Shown here: positions 1 through 14,309 of the stretch, one piece after another
Position numbering within the stretch: position 1 is the stretch's first letter
How the letters are laid out: each line of letters starts with the position of its first letter
Assembly: GCA_964016885.1 (NCBI GenBank)
Contig: OZ024741.1
Location: 263,810,001-263,874,000, forward strand
Source of the DNA: Eledone cirrhosa
Taxonomy: Eukaryota
Length of the DNA stretch: 64,000 nucleotides
Reading direction: 5' to 3'
Notes under the pieces: generated by a model
Database searches by the model: none
What the model saw: the letters and a program-made list of their open reading frames with translations, nothing else
What the model was told of the DNA's origin: nothing
Program-made: the position numbers and the translations under genes

Positions 1-1256
1 ATCACCTCAACCCTTTTACCCTCCCCTGCCGTCCGGCCTGTCCCTTTGCCCAGCATTAGTATCTTCACCGGCAATTACAACAACAATATCAGTAACGCCA
101 CCAATACCACTCTGAAGCATAACCATAACCAGCATCCTACAACAACAACAACAGCAACAGCAGCAACAATACCTAAAGATAAGAAACTCAATATAGAAAG
201 CATCAGTAGCAACAACAGCAACAACAGAAGAAGCCAATGGGATCAATACCAAGGCCTGCTCAGCAAAGACCCCTATCACAACAACAACAACAACAGCAGC
301 AGCAGCAGAAGCTGCAGTGAGTCATTCAGTGAAGATCAGCAAAGACCTTTTGTCCCCCCACCTCCCATCATAAACAGCAGCGGTGATGGCAGTAAGATCA
401 AGACATTGTTACAACAGCAGCAACTACGAGCAGGACTACAGCAGCAGCAGCAACTGCAGCTGCAGCATCAGCAATTACAAGCAGGACTACAACTACAAAC
501 AGAACAACAACAACAGCAATTACAAGCACGACTACAACAACAGCAGCAGCAACAACTACAAGCACGACTACTACAACAACAGCATCTACAACTACTACAG
601 ACAGAACGACGACAGCAACAGTATCTACAAGCAGAACAACTACAACAACAACAGCAGCAGCAGCAGCAGCTACAACAACAACCAATGCCACCTACAACAA
701 AACATCTTGTAGCAGCAGCAGCAGCAAGAAGAACAACAACAACAGCTGCAGCAACAGTGAAGAGATGTGATCAAGCAACAAGTGTTGGGAAGGGATTGCA
801 TGCATCGCTGCCGTCTACAAGATCTTCATCACCAGCATCAGTAGCAAAAGCAGCAGCAGCTTCTCGCCTGCTGCAGCAAGATGATGGAAGACGAAGGATT
901 GTTTTGCATACAACCACATCAGCACTGCCTCTGCCACTACTATCTACAGTAACAACAACAGCACTGCTTCCACCACCACCACCACCACCACCACAATTAA
1001 CAGCAACAGCACTAGCAATAGTACCAGCAACTATATCATCATCATCATCATCAACAACTGTAAAAACAACAGCAGGAGCAGCAGCAGTTCCTACTTCTGC
1101 AATAACAGCATTAACACTAGCAGTGACTGCAACAACAACAACAACATCATCATCATCAGTTGCTCAGCTAAGTAATCAAAGAATTATTTGTGCTGTCAAC
1201 ACCAACACCACTGCTAGTAACACCAACACCACTACTAGCAACACCGACAGCACCAT

Positions 1257-1297
<41 letters not shown>

Positions 1298-4200
1298 ACA
1301 ACAGCACAAAGATCACCACCACTACCCCTACTATCAACAACAACATCAACACCACTGGCAACAGCATTGTAACTGTTAGTAAAATTAACACTTCAACAAG
1401 TGGGTGCACCCTAACGTCTTGTGCTGCAAGAGATGCACATCTAGCTGTAACATCAGTTGAAGGTACAATGAGCAGGAAACGCAGCGCATCTGGGACTGCA
1501 GCTGCGTCCAGTGGTACCAGCAATGCAAAACGAATGATGTGCAAAGTGAATAGTAGCAGCACTAGTGGTGGTAGTGTTGGTGATGGTAGTAGAGACATTG
1601 GAAGAGCCGTGGTAGCCCCTAATTTGCCTGCTACCAGTGATGTGGTGGTCGATGAGAGTGCAAAGGGCTGCAGTGTCCCCACCATGGATGATAGTAGCTC
1701 CAGAATTGTCCCCTCAGCTTCCTCTTCTACTACTACTACTACTGTTGAGGTAGCCCCATATACTACCACTGCCCGTGATATTCCTCTGTATGTGTCTGCC
1801 CTACCAAGTTCTGATCTGCCTCAAAATAATGCAGTTGACTCATTTATCCCCCACTTGGCTATTTCTGATGGCATCAGTGGTGGTAAGGACAACAACAACA
1901 ACAACAGTAGTAGTAGTAGTAACCGCAGCAGTGACAACAACAAGTACATTCATAACAACCAGAATATTGCAACACTTCAGACAGCCATTGCAGCCACCAC
2001 CTCTGGCTTTACAACCAGCACTGCAACCAAAACTACAACATCTACCCCTTGTAACAACAACAGCAACAACCTCATTAATAAACTTGAAGCAGTCACACCT
2101 GCTACTTCCATCACTACCACTGTTGCTGGTACCACTCTTACTACAGCCAACACTGTAACTAAAGCCACTACATCCACCACTTTTAATAATACTACAGCTA
2201 TCACCACCACTACTACTTCTGCTAACAATGGCTTGAATACACTTGCTACTAACACTGCTACTGTATGTTCACTTTCTGGCCGCATAGACACTGGTTCAAA
2301 TAGATGTGTGGATAATGAGCTTGACCATGGGACACTACAACAACAGTTACTACAGTCACCACCAACACAACAACAGTCACTACAACAGCAACTACTACAA
2401 CAACAGTCACTACAACAGCAACTACTACAACAACAAAGACAGTCACCACCACCATCACAACTACAGTCACAACCACTACAACAAAAACAGTTACCGCAGA
2501 CACCACCACCACCACGAACACAGACGCCATCACCACCACCACAAACACAGACACCACCACCACAAACACAGACACCACCACCACAAACACAGACGCCACC
2601 ACCACAAACACAGACACCACCACCACCACCACAGACACCACCACCACCACGAACACAGACGCCATCACCGCCACCACAAACACAGACACCACCACCACAA
2701 ACACAGACGCCACCACCACCACAAACACAGACGCCACCACCACCACAAACACAGACGACACCACCACCACAGACACCACCACCACCACCACAAACACAGA
2801 CACCACCACCACTACGAACACAAACACCACCACCACCACAAACATCACAAACACAGACACCACCACCACCATCACAAACACAGACACCACCACCACAAAC
2901 ACAGACACCACCACCACAAACACAGACACCACCACCACCACTACAAACACAGACACCACCACCACCACCACTACAAACACAGACACCACCACCACCACCA
3001 CTACAAACACAGACACCACCACCACAAACACAGACACCACCACCACAAACACAGACACCACCACCACCACAAACACAGACACCACCGCCACCACCACAAA
3101 CACAGACACCACCGCCACCACCACAAACACAGACACTACCACCACCACCACCACAAACACAGACACCACCACCACCACCACTACGAACACAGACACCACC
3201 ACCACCACCACTGCGAACACAGACACCACCACCACTGCGAACACAGACACCACCACCACCACTGCGAACACAGACACCACCACCACCACCACTGCAAACA
3301 CAGACTCCACCACCACCACAGACACCACTACCACCACAAACACAGACACCACCACCACCACCACAAACACAAACACCACCACAGACACCACCACCACCAC
3401 CACCACTGCGAACACAGACACCACCACCACCACCACTGCGAACACAGACTCCACCACAAACACAGACACCACCACCACCACCACCACTGCGAACACAGAC
3501 TCCACCACAAACACAGACACCACCACCACCACAAACACAGACACTACCACCACCACAAATACAGACTCCACCACAAACACAGACACCACCACCACCACCA
3601 CAAACACAGACACCACCACCACCACCACAAACACAGACACCACCACCACCACAAACACAGACACCACCACCACCACAAACACAGACACCACCACCACCAC
3701 AAACACAGACTCCACCACAAACACAGACACCACCACCACCACCACAAACACAGACTCCACCACCACTGCAAATACAGACTCCACCACAAACACAGACTCC
3801 ACCACAAACACAGACTCCACCACCACCACAAACACAGACTCCACCACCACTGCAAATACAGACACAGCTACTACAGACACCACCACAAACACAGACTCCA
3901 CCACCTCTACAAATACAGACAACACTACCACCACTACAGATGCCACCACAAACACAGACACCACCACCACCACTACCACAAACACTACCACCACCACCAT
4001 CACAAACACTACCACCACCACCATCATCACAAACACCACTGCCACAGACACCACCACCATCACAAACACTACCACCACCACAGACGCAACCACAAACACA
4101 GACACCACCACCACCACAGACACCACCACCACAAACACAGACACCACCACCACAGACACCACCACCACAAACACAGACACCACCATCACCACAAACACTA

Positions 4201-7200
4201 CCACCACAAATGCAGACGACGCCGCCACCACAAACGCAGACACCACCACCACAAATACAGACGCCACCACCACCACAAACGCAGACGCCACCACCACCAC
4301 AAACGCAGACGCCACCACCACAGACACAGACACCACAACTACAGCAGTCACCACCACCGCTACCACAACAAACACAGTCACAATTATCACCACCATCACC
4401 ACCACAACTACAGCAGCCACCATCACCTCAAACGCCACCACCACAGCTACAACAGTCACCACAACAACAAAGACAGTCACCATCACCACTACTACTACCA
4501 CAACAGTCACCATCACCACAGCCACAACAGTTATTACCGCCACCATCAATGCAACTGCAACAACAAGCACAACTGCTACCATTACTACAACCACCAACAC
4601 CAACATCCCTACTATTACCACAACAACCACACCAACAAGAGAGAGAAAATAAAGTTGTTTTGGTACCAGTTTCAAATGGTGCTGTTGTGAACCATCAGCA
4701 GCAACAGCAGTATTCACAGTTACTGATGCTGCACCAGAAATATGCTGCAGACACTTCTAATAAATGTATTGTAGCAAGAGTTATTTCAGCCACCACCAGC
4801 ACAAACACCAGCAACACTAACAACAGCACCGTCAGCACCCTGTGCACTCTCACCACTGCCACCACAACCTCCATGAATTACACCACAAACACTTCTAGAA
4901 TCATGTCACCATCATCATCATCATCATCATCACCATCACCTCAGTGTTCACAGTTGCACCCACCACCACCACCACCACCACTGTCATTGCCAACATCTGC
5001 ACCATTGTTAGTAACAACTACAACAGCAACTTCCAGTCACAACCGTGTATTTGATGCCACTTTTTTCAGTTCACCTCAGACAACCACTGCACTTATCCCT
5101 TTCACGAATAGCACCAGTTCTTTCTCAACGGTTCTGCTACCCTCCTCCTCCTCCTCCTCCTCTTTATCATCATCATCATCATCATCATCATCACAGTCAC
5201 CATCCTCTACTGCCTCCTCCTTAACCTCTTCTCTGTCATCTCCAGCTTTGCTGTCTTTACTTCCTCCCTCATCTTCCTCACAAGTTGTCAATGTAACATT
5301 GCAGAATAACTTGACGAAACCAACCAACTCCATTCAAACATCGCAAGGTGTTTCTTTGTTCATCAGCAACAGCAACAACAACAGTAACAGTAATAACAGT
5401 AACAACAACAGCAATGCAGAGCATTCATCAGTTGTGTCAGCAATGGTAATACCACCATCTACTCCAGTTCAGTGTCAAGTAACGACAAGGACAACAGAAG
5501 CAGCTTCGTCTGACTGTAGCAGTGATGAAAACTTCTATGATGACTGTGCAAGCAGCGAGCCTTCTTCAAAACCAGATGTAGATTCTCCAGAGTCATTTGT
5601 TGCCTCAACTCAAACAGGGTTTGATAACAGTGAACATGATGAGAGCACAGAGGACAGCATTGGCAATGGTACCAGTTACACTGGAGTACCATCATCAGTG
5701 TATGCTAAAGACAATATTTCAAAAGTTATTGACAACCATTACAAAAAAATGAAAGGTTCAGTCTTGAAGAATACATATGATATGGATTACAAAAACATGA
5801 AACTCTGCCAAGACTTCTATATCAAAGATGGCAACAAGTCTAAACGTCTTTCTTTTGCTCGGGACGTACTTTTGCACTCAACTGTTGACCACATGTGCAA
5901 GTCATATAACAGAGATGAGGACGATGATGATGATGGTGAAGATGACGACAGTATCTATAAATGCTCTTTCTCTTTGCAAAGCAAGAAAAACAAGGCTGCT
6001 CTTGACTGTCAGAAAAACTCCCAAACTTCTAATTTTGTCAGTGATTTGCTGAGGTGTACCACTGCCATTGCTGATGATCATTCTTACTGTTGGTCAGTAT
6101 CTAAGACACAAGAACCGGAATCACTCATGCGTGATGCACACCCATGTGATGACGAAGTGTCTGACTCGAGCTCGCTGGACGATATTCCAGATAAGCAGGA
6201 GCATTTGACTTTTCTAACTCAAAATACATTTCTTAAAAGCAACAACAACAACCATCACCACCACCCCAAAAGCATTGAGATGAAGTCTTCTTTCTTCTCG
6301 CCTGCTTCACAATCTATCCGGAAAGAAATTGCCAACAAAGACAGGAAAATGCAGCTAAACTTTAACAGTGGGGGGTCTGTTTCTTTAGATTCCTCTGGCT
6401 TTAATCGTAGTAATGGCAGTAATTTTAAAATGACGACAAATATGTTATGTAAGACTATTCCAAATAACTTAATTAATAATAATAATAATAATAATAATTA
6501 TATTAATAATAGCAGTTGTAGTAGTAGTAGTTTCAGTAATAACAACAGCAATAATAATAATAATAATAATAATGTTGATGGCATTACATCAAATGGAGAC
6601 AAATTTATAAGTGATTTATCGGGATCTGAACCAAAAGCACATTTATCTTTCAGTAGCTATTACCCTTTTGAATCGAAGTTTGCTGACGAAAGGAAAGTCA
6701 ACGGACTATCTAGTCCTGTGCAACTCACCGAGCTGTCCCCAAATTCTCGATCGCCGAAAGTCACTCCGTTAAAGAATGTCAACAGCCGGATGAACACACA
6801 GAGCTCTCCAAAGATCAACTGCTTTCGGATTGGTACCTATGGATCGATATCCAACAAAGACTGGGAGGAAAACATTGATTCCGATGTGTCGTCGTTGTCT
6901 GTTGGGAGTATTTCAATGTCGGATAAGAAACGAGAGAAATTCACAATTTCCCGCAACATCGATTTCTCTGACAAATTACCTACGAATGATGATCAGAAAA
7001 ACTCATGTTTGCTTTATGAGAATTCTCTCGATGCCGATGACACTCAGAAATCACTGAGCAGTGACAGCTTGAATGGACTCAAGTTGACGGAAGAATCAGC
7101 AGGTTCTGTTAATTATGCTCATATTCTTCATGACCACGACTACTGCATACGAACAACAATTTCTCCAACTAAGTCTGAACTTGCAAAAGAACTTTTCTTT

Positions 7201-8894
7201 AGTTCCAAACTACTGCCATCAACCTCTTCAAAGATTTCCAATAATATTTCTTCAGTGAAAACAACTCCTGTCCCAAATACCTCTTCCAGTTCTCCAACAA
7301 ACATCCCTGTTACTACAGAAGCAAAGGGCTGGCGCAAAGCTCGCAACAGTGCCAGCAAGTCAGTTGACGTACCTGAAGCAATGCCTGTTTCTAATTTGCC
7401 TGTGAAAGTTGAAGAGGCTGACCAAGAAGGTGTAGAAACCAGTGATGAAACCTCTCACACCAATGAGAGCAAACTAAAAATAACTGGAAGCTTTCAGAAT
7501 GACTATGTATATTTTCTTAATAAAACTGCCCGCAGTAGAAGGCGATTCAGCCATGAGATCTTGCCAGACAAAAACCTTCAATCAAAACACTACTCTGACA
7601 TTATTATTCCGCATTTAACTGATGCAGACATCGAGGCCCTGAAAGCCCGCCAAAATAAAAGCAGTCCAATGTTGGATGCATCATCCACCCCAAAGAACCC
7701 CTATGAAAGCAGTAATGATATGGAGATTGACAGTAAGCTTATCTGCTCAGTTATGAATATGGATAATCCCAGTATAGATCCTGACATGGAATATACTCTT
7801 CCTGGACTTGATAATGGATTCGTCCCTGAAAGTATGTCGACAAACTCCGAAGTCTGTTTCACAGCTGAAGATATGGATATTTTGTACAGTGCATTTAAGG
7901 CTGTAGAAAACGCAAACGGCTTCCGAAGTTTGGATGAAATCCGAAAGACTGCCGACAGCTTTGATGGCATGCAGAAACAGATAAACCCTTCTGTGTCTAT
8001 GCTTCAAGAGGACCAAATTAACCCCTGCCTGACAGCTGTCAATGAAACTAAGGAGCCATTTGTCAACACTGATTGTATGAGCTCTGAAGAGGCTAACAGT
8101 GAATCAGCAGGAGCTCATGCTCATGGCTTGCCCCCAGATAACAATTTACTGGATTTTGATAACATGCCTATAAATGACATGCATACTATAATAAGTAATG
8201 AACGGGACAAATTCAAGGCTCCAACTCTTGCTTGTTCCCAAGAAACTGACCTGAATCAGTCTGATTTAAACAACTTATGCTCCACCAACCCCAGTGCAAA
8301 CTTAACAGATTTACAAATACCATCGCTGGAGAAATTTGATTTGCTAAGTGGCGATTTAAAGCTGGATAATCCAGGCTTCTTTCTAGAACCTGCTGTCGAA
8401 GAGATGTCTACAGTTCCTGACTTGAACCCACCATGTATTGTAACTGTTACCATGTTTTGGAATGATTTACCTGCTGTCATGATGGACAATCATCCATATA
8501 TACGTCTCGTTGATATCCACAAGCAAATTCTTCCTGCAAAAGACACAGGAATCTTGAAAAAACGTTGTCAACTCCTCAGCCTGCCTGTACAGAACTGCAC
8601 AGAGTTTGAGCGCTACTTTTTAGTGAAGTATGGCCGTGCATACAACTCTAAGAGTACATTGGTTATTTCAAAGGACAATGCCAAGTCTCTGATTGGTTAC
8701 TATGTGAACCCACCACCACGGACACCAAAAGGTGAAGGTAGTGAGGATGAGCATGGGAGTCCAGAGAAAAGAATTCCAAAAACAAATGGTTCTTTAGATG
8801 GAAGAATGAAGAAGCAGGCGAAGAACATTGGAGCAAAGAAGCAGTCTATACATAAGAAAACTCTATCTTTGGGAAACCAGCCAAATCGTGAAAG
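1..8894 (+). CDS. Giant coding exon (5'-truncated by window edge) of a SKI/SNO/DACH-domain nuclear protein
   Basis: Frame is open from base 1 (ATC ACC TCA...) to the donor AAG|GTATGA (intron starts 8895). It encodes low-complexity tracts plus a globular segment at 8440-8703 (VTMFWNDLPAVMMDNHPYIRLVDIHKQIL...KRCQLLSLPVQNCTEFERYFLVKYG...LVISKDNAKSLIGYY) that aligns by eye with the SKI/DACH domain pattern C..L....CT.....L...G......LI.K.DA..L. Confidence 0.85.
2500..4340 (+). repeat. Coding minisatellite (CAAACACAGACA(CCA)n) encoding QTQTPPP(P) repeats
   Basis: Directly visible tandem units whose lengths vary in steps of 3 nt, so the frame is preserved. Confidence 0.95.
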
Positions 8895-9099
8895 GTATGA
8901 TATATATAATATATACTTTAGGTAATAAATTGGTAGAGTTGCTGAAATGTAGGATAGAATGTTTTGCAGTTTTCCTTCGGGCTTTCTGGTTTAAAATGCC
9001 TAAGATACACTGTTTGTCATTACAGCACCTCTATGACTCCATACAATGCAATGGTCTTTAGTTTGTTTGAATCTTTTGTTGTATGTACATGGGTGTTGT

Positions 9100-9345
9100 G
9101 AAGGCATGGGGACTAGCAGTTAAGGTGTTGTTCATACAATAGTATGGGCATAGGTTCAATTACTGGGGCAGACTGTACATTGGGTTCTTGAACAAGGTAC
9201 TTCATTCCCAATTGCTCCATTCCACTCGATTGAAACAAGTACTATGCAATGGACTGGTGTCCCATTTTCTACTTTTAGTCACTCAACGACGCATGAAACT
9301 GGTATAAGCTCTAACCTGGTAAACTTCTAAGCTCAAGACTGACTT
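9100..9345 (+). mobile_element. Degenerate CORE-type tRNA SINE in the intron
   Basis: B-box-like GGTTCAATTAC followed by a CORE-like TTCTTGAACAAGGTACTTCATTCCCAATTGCTCCATTCCACTC. Confidence 0.5.
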
Positions 9346-9834
9346 TAACTTTGTTGGCAAGAGTAGGGTGATCAACATTAATTAATATGAAGCCCTATCC
9401 TGGGGTCTACAAGACTAACTGCTGGTTTAACAAGGAAAATAACCCTTTATTTTTTTCATACCAAACTGCTTGAAACAACCTCTGCTTCTGTGATAGAAAA
9501 CTGTTTATTTTAGGGTGTTTATAACTAACTAAAAACCTTCCTTCATAATATTATATAAAAACTTTTGTTATATTCCAAGCATCAGCTTAATAATCAGGAA
9601 GTTAGTTAAGTTTCTAAATCCATCCAAATTCTTGATTTTTGAAAATCATGTGCAGGGTCTTTGATTAGTAATATGGTAACAAAAGGGTTTAAATGCTTGT
9701 TGGTGATGTCCATCTTCCATGCTAGTATGGGTAGGACAGGCTGTCCCTTTATGAGGGATCAAGCTGGGGGGGACCATGATTCGCTCACACAGAACCGATT
9801 TCCACTTTGTTTCTATGGCTGGATGCTTTTCCTA

Positions 9835-10060
9835 ACACTAACCACATTTACAGTGCATACTGAGTGCTTTTTGCCATGTTGCCTACATGACCACTTTACA
9901 GTGTGGGCTGGGTGCTGTTTGGTGTGACACCAATACGACCACTTTACAGTGTGGGCTGGGTGCTATTTGTCGTGATACCTACATGGCCACTATACAGTGT
10001 GGACTGGGTGCTCGCTTTTGTCATGACACCTACATGACCACTATGGTGTGGGCTGGGCTC
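9835..10060 (+). repeat. Intronic ~48-bp minisatellite (ACCACTTTACAGTGTGGGCTGGGTGCT...) next to a minus-strand SINE remnant
   Basis: Four to five visible diverged units. Confidence 0.75.
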
Positions 10061-10226
10061 TTTTGTTGCGGATCCAAGGGGGATCACTTTATAGAGGTAG
10101 GGAATTTGGGAGGGGTGGGGAAGATGCTTTGGGAAATTAGGGACGTAGGTAAAATGGAGGTTTGTGTGTGTATATATATAATATATATATATATGTGTGT
10201 TTTATATCCGACTTTGTCTTTTGTAG

Positions 10227-13200
10227 GACATTAAGTGAGAAATCAGATGAACCGGTTCTGGAGAAGCAATCATCCAGTCCATCTAGAGTTGAGGACACAA
10301 CAGCAGCAACAACAACAACAACAGCAACAGCAGCAGTTGCAACAACAGCACCAATAGCAGCAACTTCTTCAACGGCATCTGCATCATCATCAACAGTAGC
10401 AGCAGCAATAACGAAAGTTCGTGACACTCCGTCAATAGTTCCCGTGACAACAAACACCAGGTCACGCTTGCGTCACAAGAAGATAAATTTCCTGGACTTG
10501 ATCCGTGGTGAAAGTGGGTCCCCAGCCAATTCTGCACTGTTGCCACCAACACCATCCTCTTCCTCCTCCTCTTCCTCATCATCATCTTCATGTTCTATTG
10601 CTGCCATTCCATCCCCTTCATTTTCTGGTTCAGCAGACAATTCCCCAACAGTTGGTTCTACAAACATCCATTCTTTAAGGTCCTCCTCATCTTCCTCCCC
10701 TCGTTCTTCCTCTTCCTTGTCTTCATCATCATCATCCTCATCATCTACCCTCCCTGCTCTATTCCCACCTCTTCCGTCTACCCTGTCACCACCGTCATCG
10801 CCCCCTTCATTGAACAGCATTCTGCCCCCCTACAAAACTCATGATAGCGTGGCTCTTGCCAGGGACAGCGCTGCCTCCCCTTCACTCTCCTGCTCCCGGA
10901 AACAAGGACCGTCCGCTGGTTCAAACCGTTTGCGGAATGACAAACAACCATTTGCCGGCACCCGGCAGAGTCAGAAGACTCACAACAACAGTAAGGGAAG
11001 AAGAGGGGGAAGAGGTGGAAGAGGTGGAAGAGGAGGGCATGCTATGTCATCGTTACTACAGATGTCACAACAACAACAACAACAACAGCAGCAGCAACTG
11101 AGCAGCTTGTTAGCTACTGAATGCAGTGATAACACATTGAGTGCAACAGCAGCATCACCTGATGCAATCACCAGCAGCAGCAGCAGTGATGTGAAAGTTG
11201 GCAAGTCTAGGAAGTTGCCAAATGACTGCAAGCCGGTGAATGCAGGTGGCGCTGGAGGTGGTAGTGGTGGTGTGGGCGGAGGAGGGCGCAGATGCTACAA
11301 CCAGAAGATTGGATTAAACAGTAAACGACAGAGGAGAAATGACGATGAGAAAGAGTCGGCTGGCAGTGGTGTTGGTAGTGGTGATAGCCACTGTGTGGGG
11401 CGCAAGCCGCAGCCGGCCAAAGTGTCTAAATGGTCAAAACCGTCTCGTGGCATCGGCCAGAGAATGAAGAAGGGCAACAGCAATGGCCGGCTGAAGGTGA
11501 AACTAAAATTGCAAACACCAAACCACCACGGCCTGTCTGGTAACAGAAGTAGCACTGCCACTACCATGAATAATTTCAGCTGTATTGGTTCCACCACCAC
11601 CACCACCACCACCACCACCACCAATAACAACAACTACTATAACAATAACAGCAACAATATTACTAATAGTAACAATAATAATAATCATGTTAAGAATATT
11701 AGCAAAAACAGAAACATCACTAGTAATAATAATAATAAAAATAATTATAACATAAGCACCTCAAGTATCACTACCAAGTCCATCACAACAAAAGCACTAA
11801 CAGCAACAACAACAATGCCAATATCATCATCATCAACAACAACAAACAACAGTAGTGGTAGTAGTACCAGCAATAGTAGTAGTAGTAGTAGTAGTAAGCC
11901 TCCCAGTCACAAAAAACGTTTACGAGTCAACAAAATGCAAAGCATTTATGACGTTATTGATGTTCTCCGTGAGGATGTAGTATTGGGCAGATGTGTGGGG
12001 GTGCAGGCAGGAGAGCTTCTGACTAACTTGTACATAGACACCGATGCCAAGTGCATCAAGTGCAACACCTGTACAGAACTGTTTTCTATCGTACATTTTA
12101 TGCAACATCATCAGCATTCAAACTCAAACTCCGGTGCCGGTTGTCATAGCGATTTACCTTTGTCAGCTTCACCGTTGTCACAACAACACCACCAACTACA
12201 AAAACAGCAGCAAAAGCAGCAGTTGTCATCGCCATTCTTGTCATCATTATCATCATTGTCACCAACAACAACAACAACAACTACAGCATCTTTACCACCA
12301 TCACATACATCATCAGATAGAGTGGGAGAGTTGACAGCCCCTTGTATGTGGCGTTTGAAACTCAGCAGCAATACTTCTGTTGAGCAGCAGAAGTTGTGGA
12401 AACTCTTCTTGAAGAAACAGCAACAACAACATTTGTCATTAAAATCTGGCAACAACGGTGTTAGAATTTACACTTCATCCAACATGTTATTGTTAGAAAG
12501 CCAGGCAGCCAACCTCAAGCAGAGTGAAACCAATACAACTTATTTAACTGCTCGTGTGAGTTCTCGCAAACGGAAACAGAAACAGTTTTATCCTATTGAA
12601 AACTATGAGTTCAGAACTGCGCTCGGCTCTGTAGCACACAACAGGAATTCAACCAGCCCCACTGGTGGGGGGCAAAGTAACAACAGACATTGTAGTAGAG
12701 CAGTTGTTAAGTCCTCTGGTGTTGGTGTTGCTGCCAGTCGAGCAATGAACTCTAGCATGGGCTTGAGTCCCTCCAGGAAAGCCATGAAACTCTCTCATCA
12801 ACCACGCGAAGGTATGTCTACGTCTGCGGTGCCAGGCTCAGCTAAGGCTGCTGTTTTTCCTGGTTCCCCTGCCTTGTTCTCAACACCACGACAAACTCTC
12901 AATCCTGTCATGGCTACAACAGCCCCTAAAAGGAACAAGAACAACAACAAAAACAACAACAAAAGCAACAGCAATAAAAACACAACCACAAACACCAATA
13001 AAAACAACACATCATCGACGACCATCACCACAACCAACAACAAGAAAAACAACACAACCACCACAAGCAACAACAGAAAAAACAATACAACCACCTCCTA
13101 TAAAAACAACACCCCTACCACTAACACTAACAAAACTAGCAGTAGCAGTAGTTTAACAGAAAATGTTGTAACTTTAAAAAATGAGCCTGAACTGCTGAAT

Positions 13201-13236
13201 TTCACTGCATTACAAACTGATGATTATGATATGTGA
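10227..13236 (+). CDS. Terminal coding exon of the same gene, with SKI SMAD4-binding (SAND-like) C2H2 Zn domain, RGG box and basic NLS-like motifs
   Basis: In frame after splicing; stop TGA at 13234-13236. RCVGVQAGELLTNLYIDTDAKCIKCNTCTELFSIVHFMQHHQH (about 11989-12117) parallels the c-SKI segment [42 protein letters not shown] (recalled from memory). Confidence 0.85.
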
Positions 13237-13598
13237 AACTGAAGGTTTGGGGTTGGGGCTGGGGAGAAAGGGAGGGGGGATATATACACACACATAAACA
13301 TATATATATGTACACACATACACACAGACAGACAATAAATATATAAAAAAGAAACAAACAATTATTACAGCAAAAACTGAAGATGATAAGTAGAGGGAAT
13401 TAGGTTTATTTTTTATTTTTTTATTTTTTTTTCTATTTTGTTCTCCATGTTTTTTTTTCTAAAGTTCTGGAGCGGGCGGGGAGGACATTTCTAAAGAAGA
13501 AGAAAAAAAAACATTTTCATTTTTTCCTTTTATTTTTCATTTTTTTTTTTTTGAAACTAAGTTTTGAAATATATTTAAAAAAAAAAAGAAAGAGATAG

Positions 13599-13647
<49 letters not shown>

Positions 13648-13792
13648 GTGTGTATATATATATAATAAACTAATGTATGTTTTCGTTAAATACATGCCTA
13701 CACTTATTGACAAGTTTTAATGTTTAATTTTAGTCTTTTGATTGTAGATCTTTTTTATGCATATATATATTTGTGTGTGTGTGTGTATATGT

Positions 13793-13827
<35 letters not shown>

Positions 13828-14127
13828 GTGTAGGTGGTTCAGTGAAATATTGGTGTTGCTACCAAATCAAGCACTCTATGCACAGGCAGAGTGTATATAT
13901 TAGAAAAAAAATGAAGTTTTGTTTACAAATAAAAGATATTTATTGTGTGTCGACCTGTTAACACACCGAGGCTTATATATACACTTTTCATCTTACAAAC
14001 CACAACAAAAATTTTTTCGTCACATTGCTAGTCTGAAGAGCAGATTGATAATGGGGTCAGGTCCATATCTTCTATGGGTGACCATGAGCCAATCCTCTGC
14101 AAAACGTGTGTAACAGGTCGTTTACAC

Positions 14128-14133
14128 AATAAA
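14128..14133 (+). terminator. Candidate polyadenylation signal of the SKI-like gene
   Basis: AATAAA about 0.9 kb after the stop, followed by a T-rich tract. Other AATAAA candidates lie near 13334 and 13664. Confidence 0.35.
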
Positions 14134-14169
14134 ATCTTTTATATGTTAACAAAACTTCATTTTTTTCTA

Positions 14170-14207
<38 letters not shown>

Positions 14208-14248
14208 ATGATATTAATAAATGGAAACTATATTTATAAAACCATATT

Positions 14249-14309
14249 TATTCTATTATATATATTTCAAGGGTACCAAAACTTTGGTACGCTCTCATCA
14301 GATAAAATA
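14249..14309 (-). ncRNA. Type-I minimal hammerhead ribozyme motif
   Basis: Minus strand: TATTTTAT-CTGATGA-GAGCGTACCAAAGTTTTGGTACCCTT-GAAA-TATATA-TA-ATAGAATA. Confidence 0.75.

Larger units (their letters stand above)
8895..10226 (+). other. Phase-2 GT-AG intron
   Basis: Donor GTATGA at 8895; acceptor CTTTGTCTTTTGTAG ending at 10226. Joining AG+G gives AGG (Arg) and keeps the frame into TLSEKSDEP. Confidence 0.85.

Noticed and set aside
46-48. TTG start of the 2959-aa ORF, and the TTG/GTG-type start at 10162
   Set aside because: The first frame is open to the window edge and the second ORF begins at a splice acceptor (10227).
2258-4717. Long antisense poly-Val and alternate-frame poly-His ORFs
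   Set aside because: They are shadows of the stop-free CCA/ACA repeat in the real coding frame.
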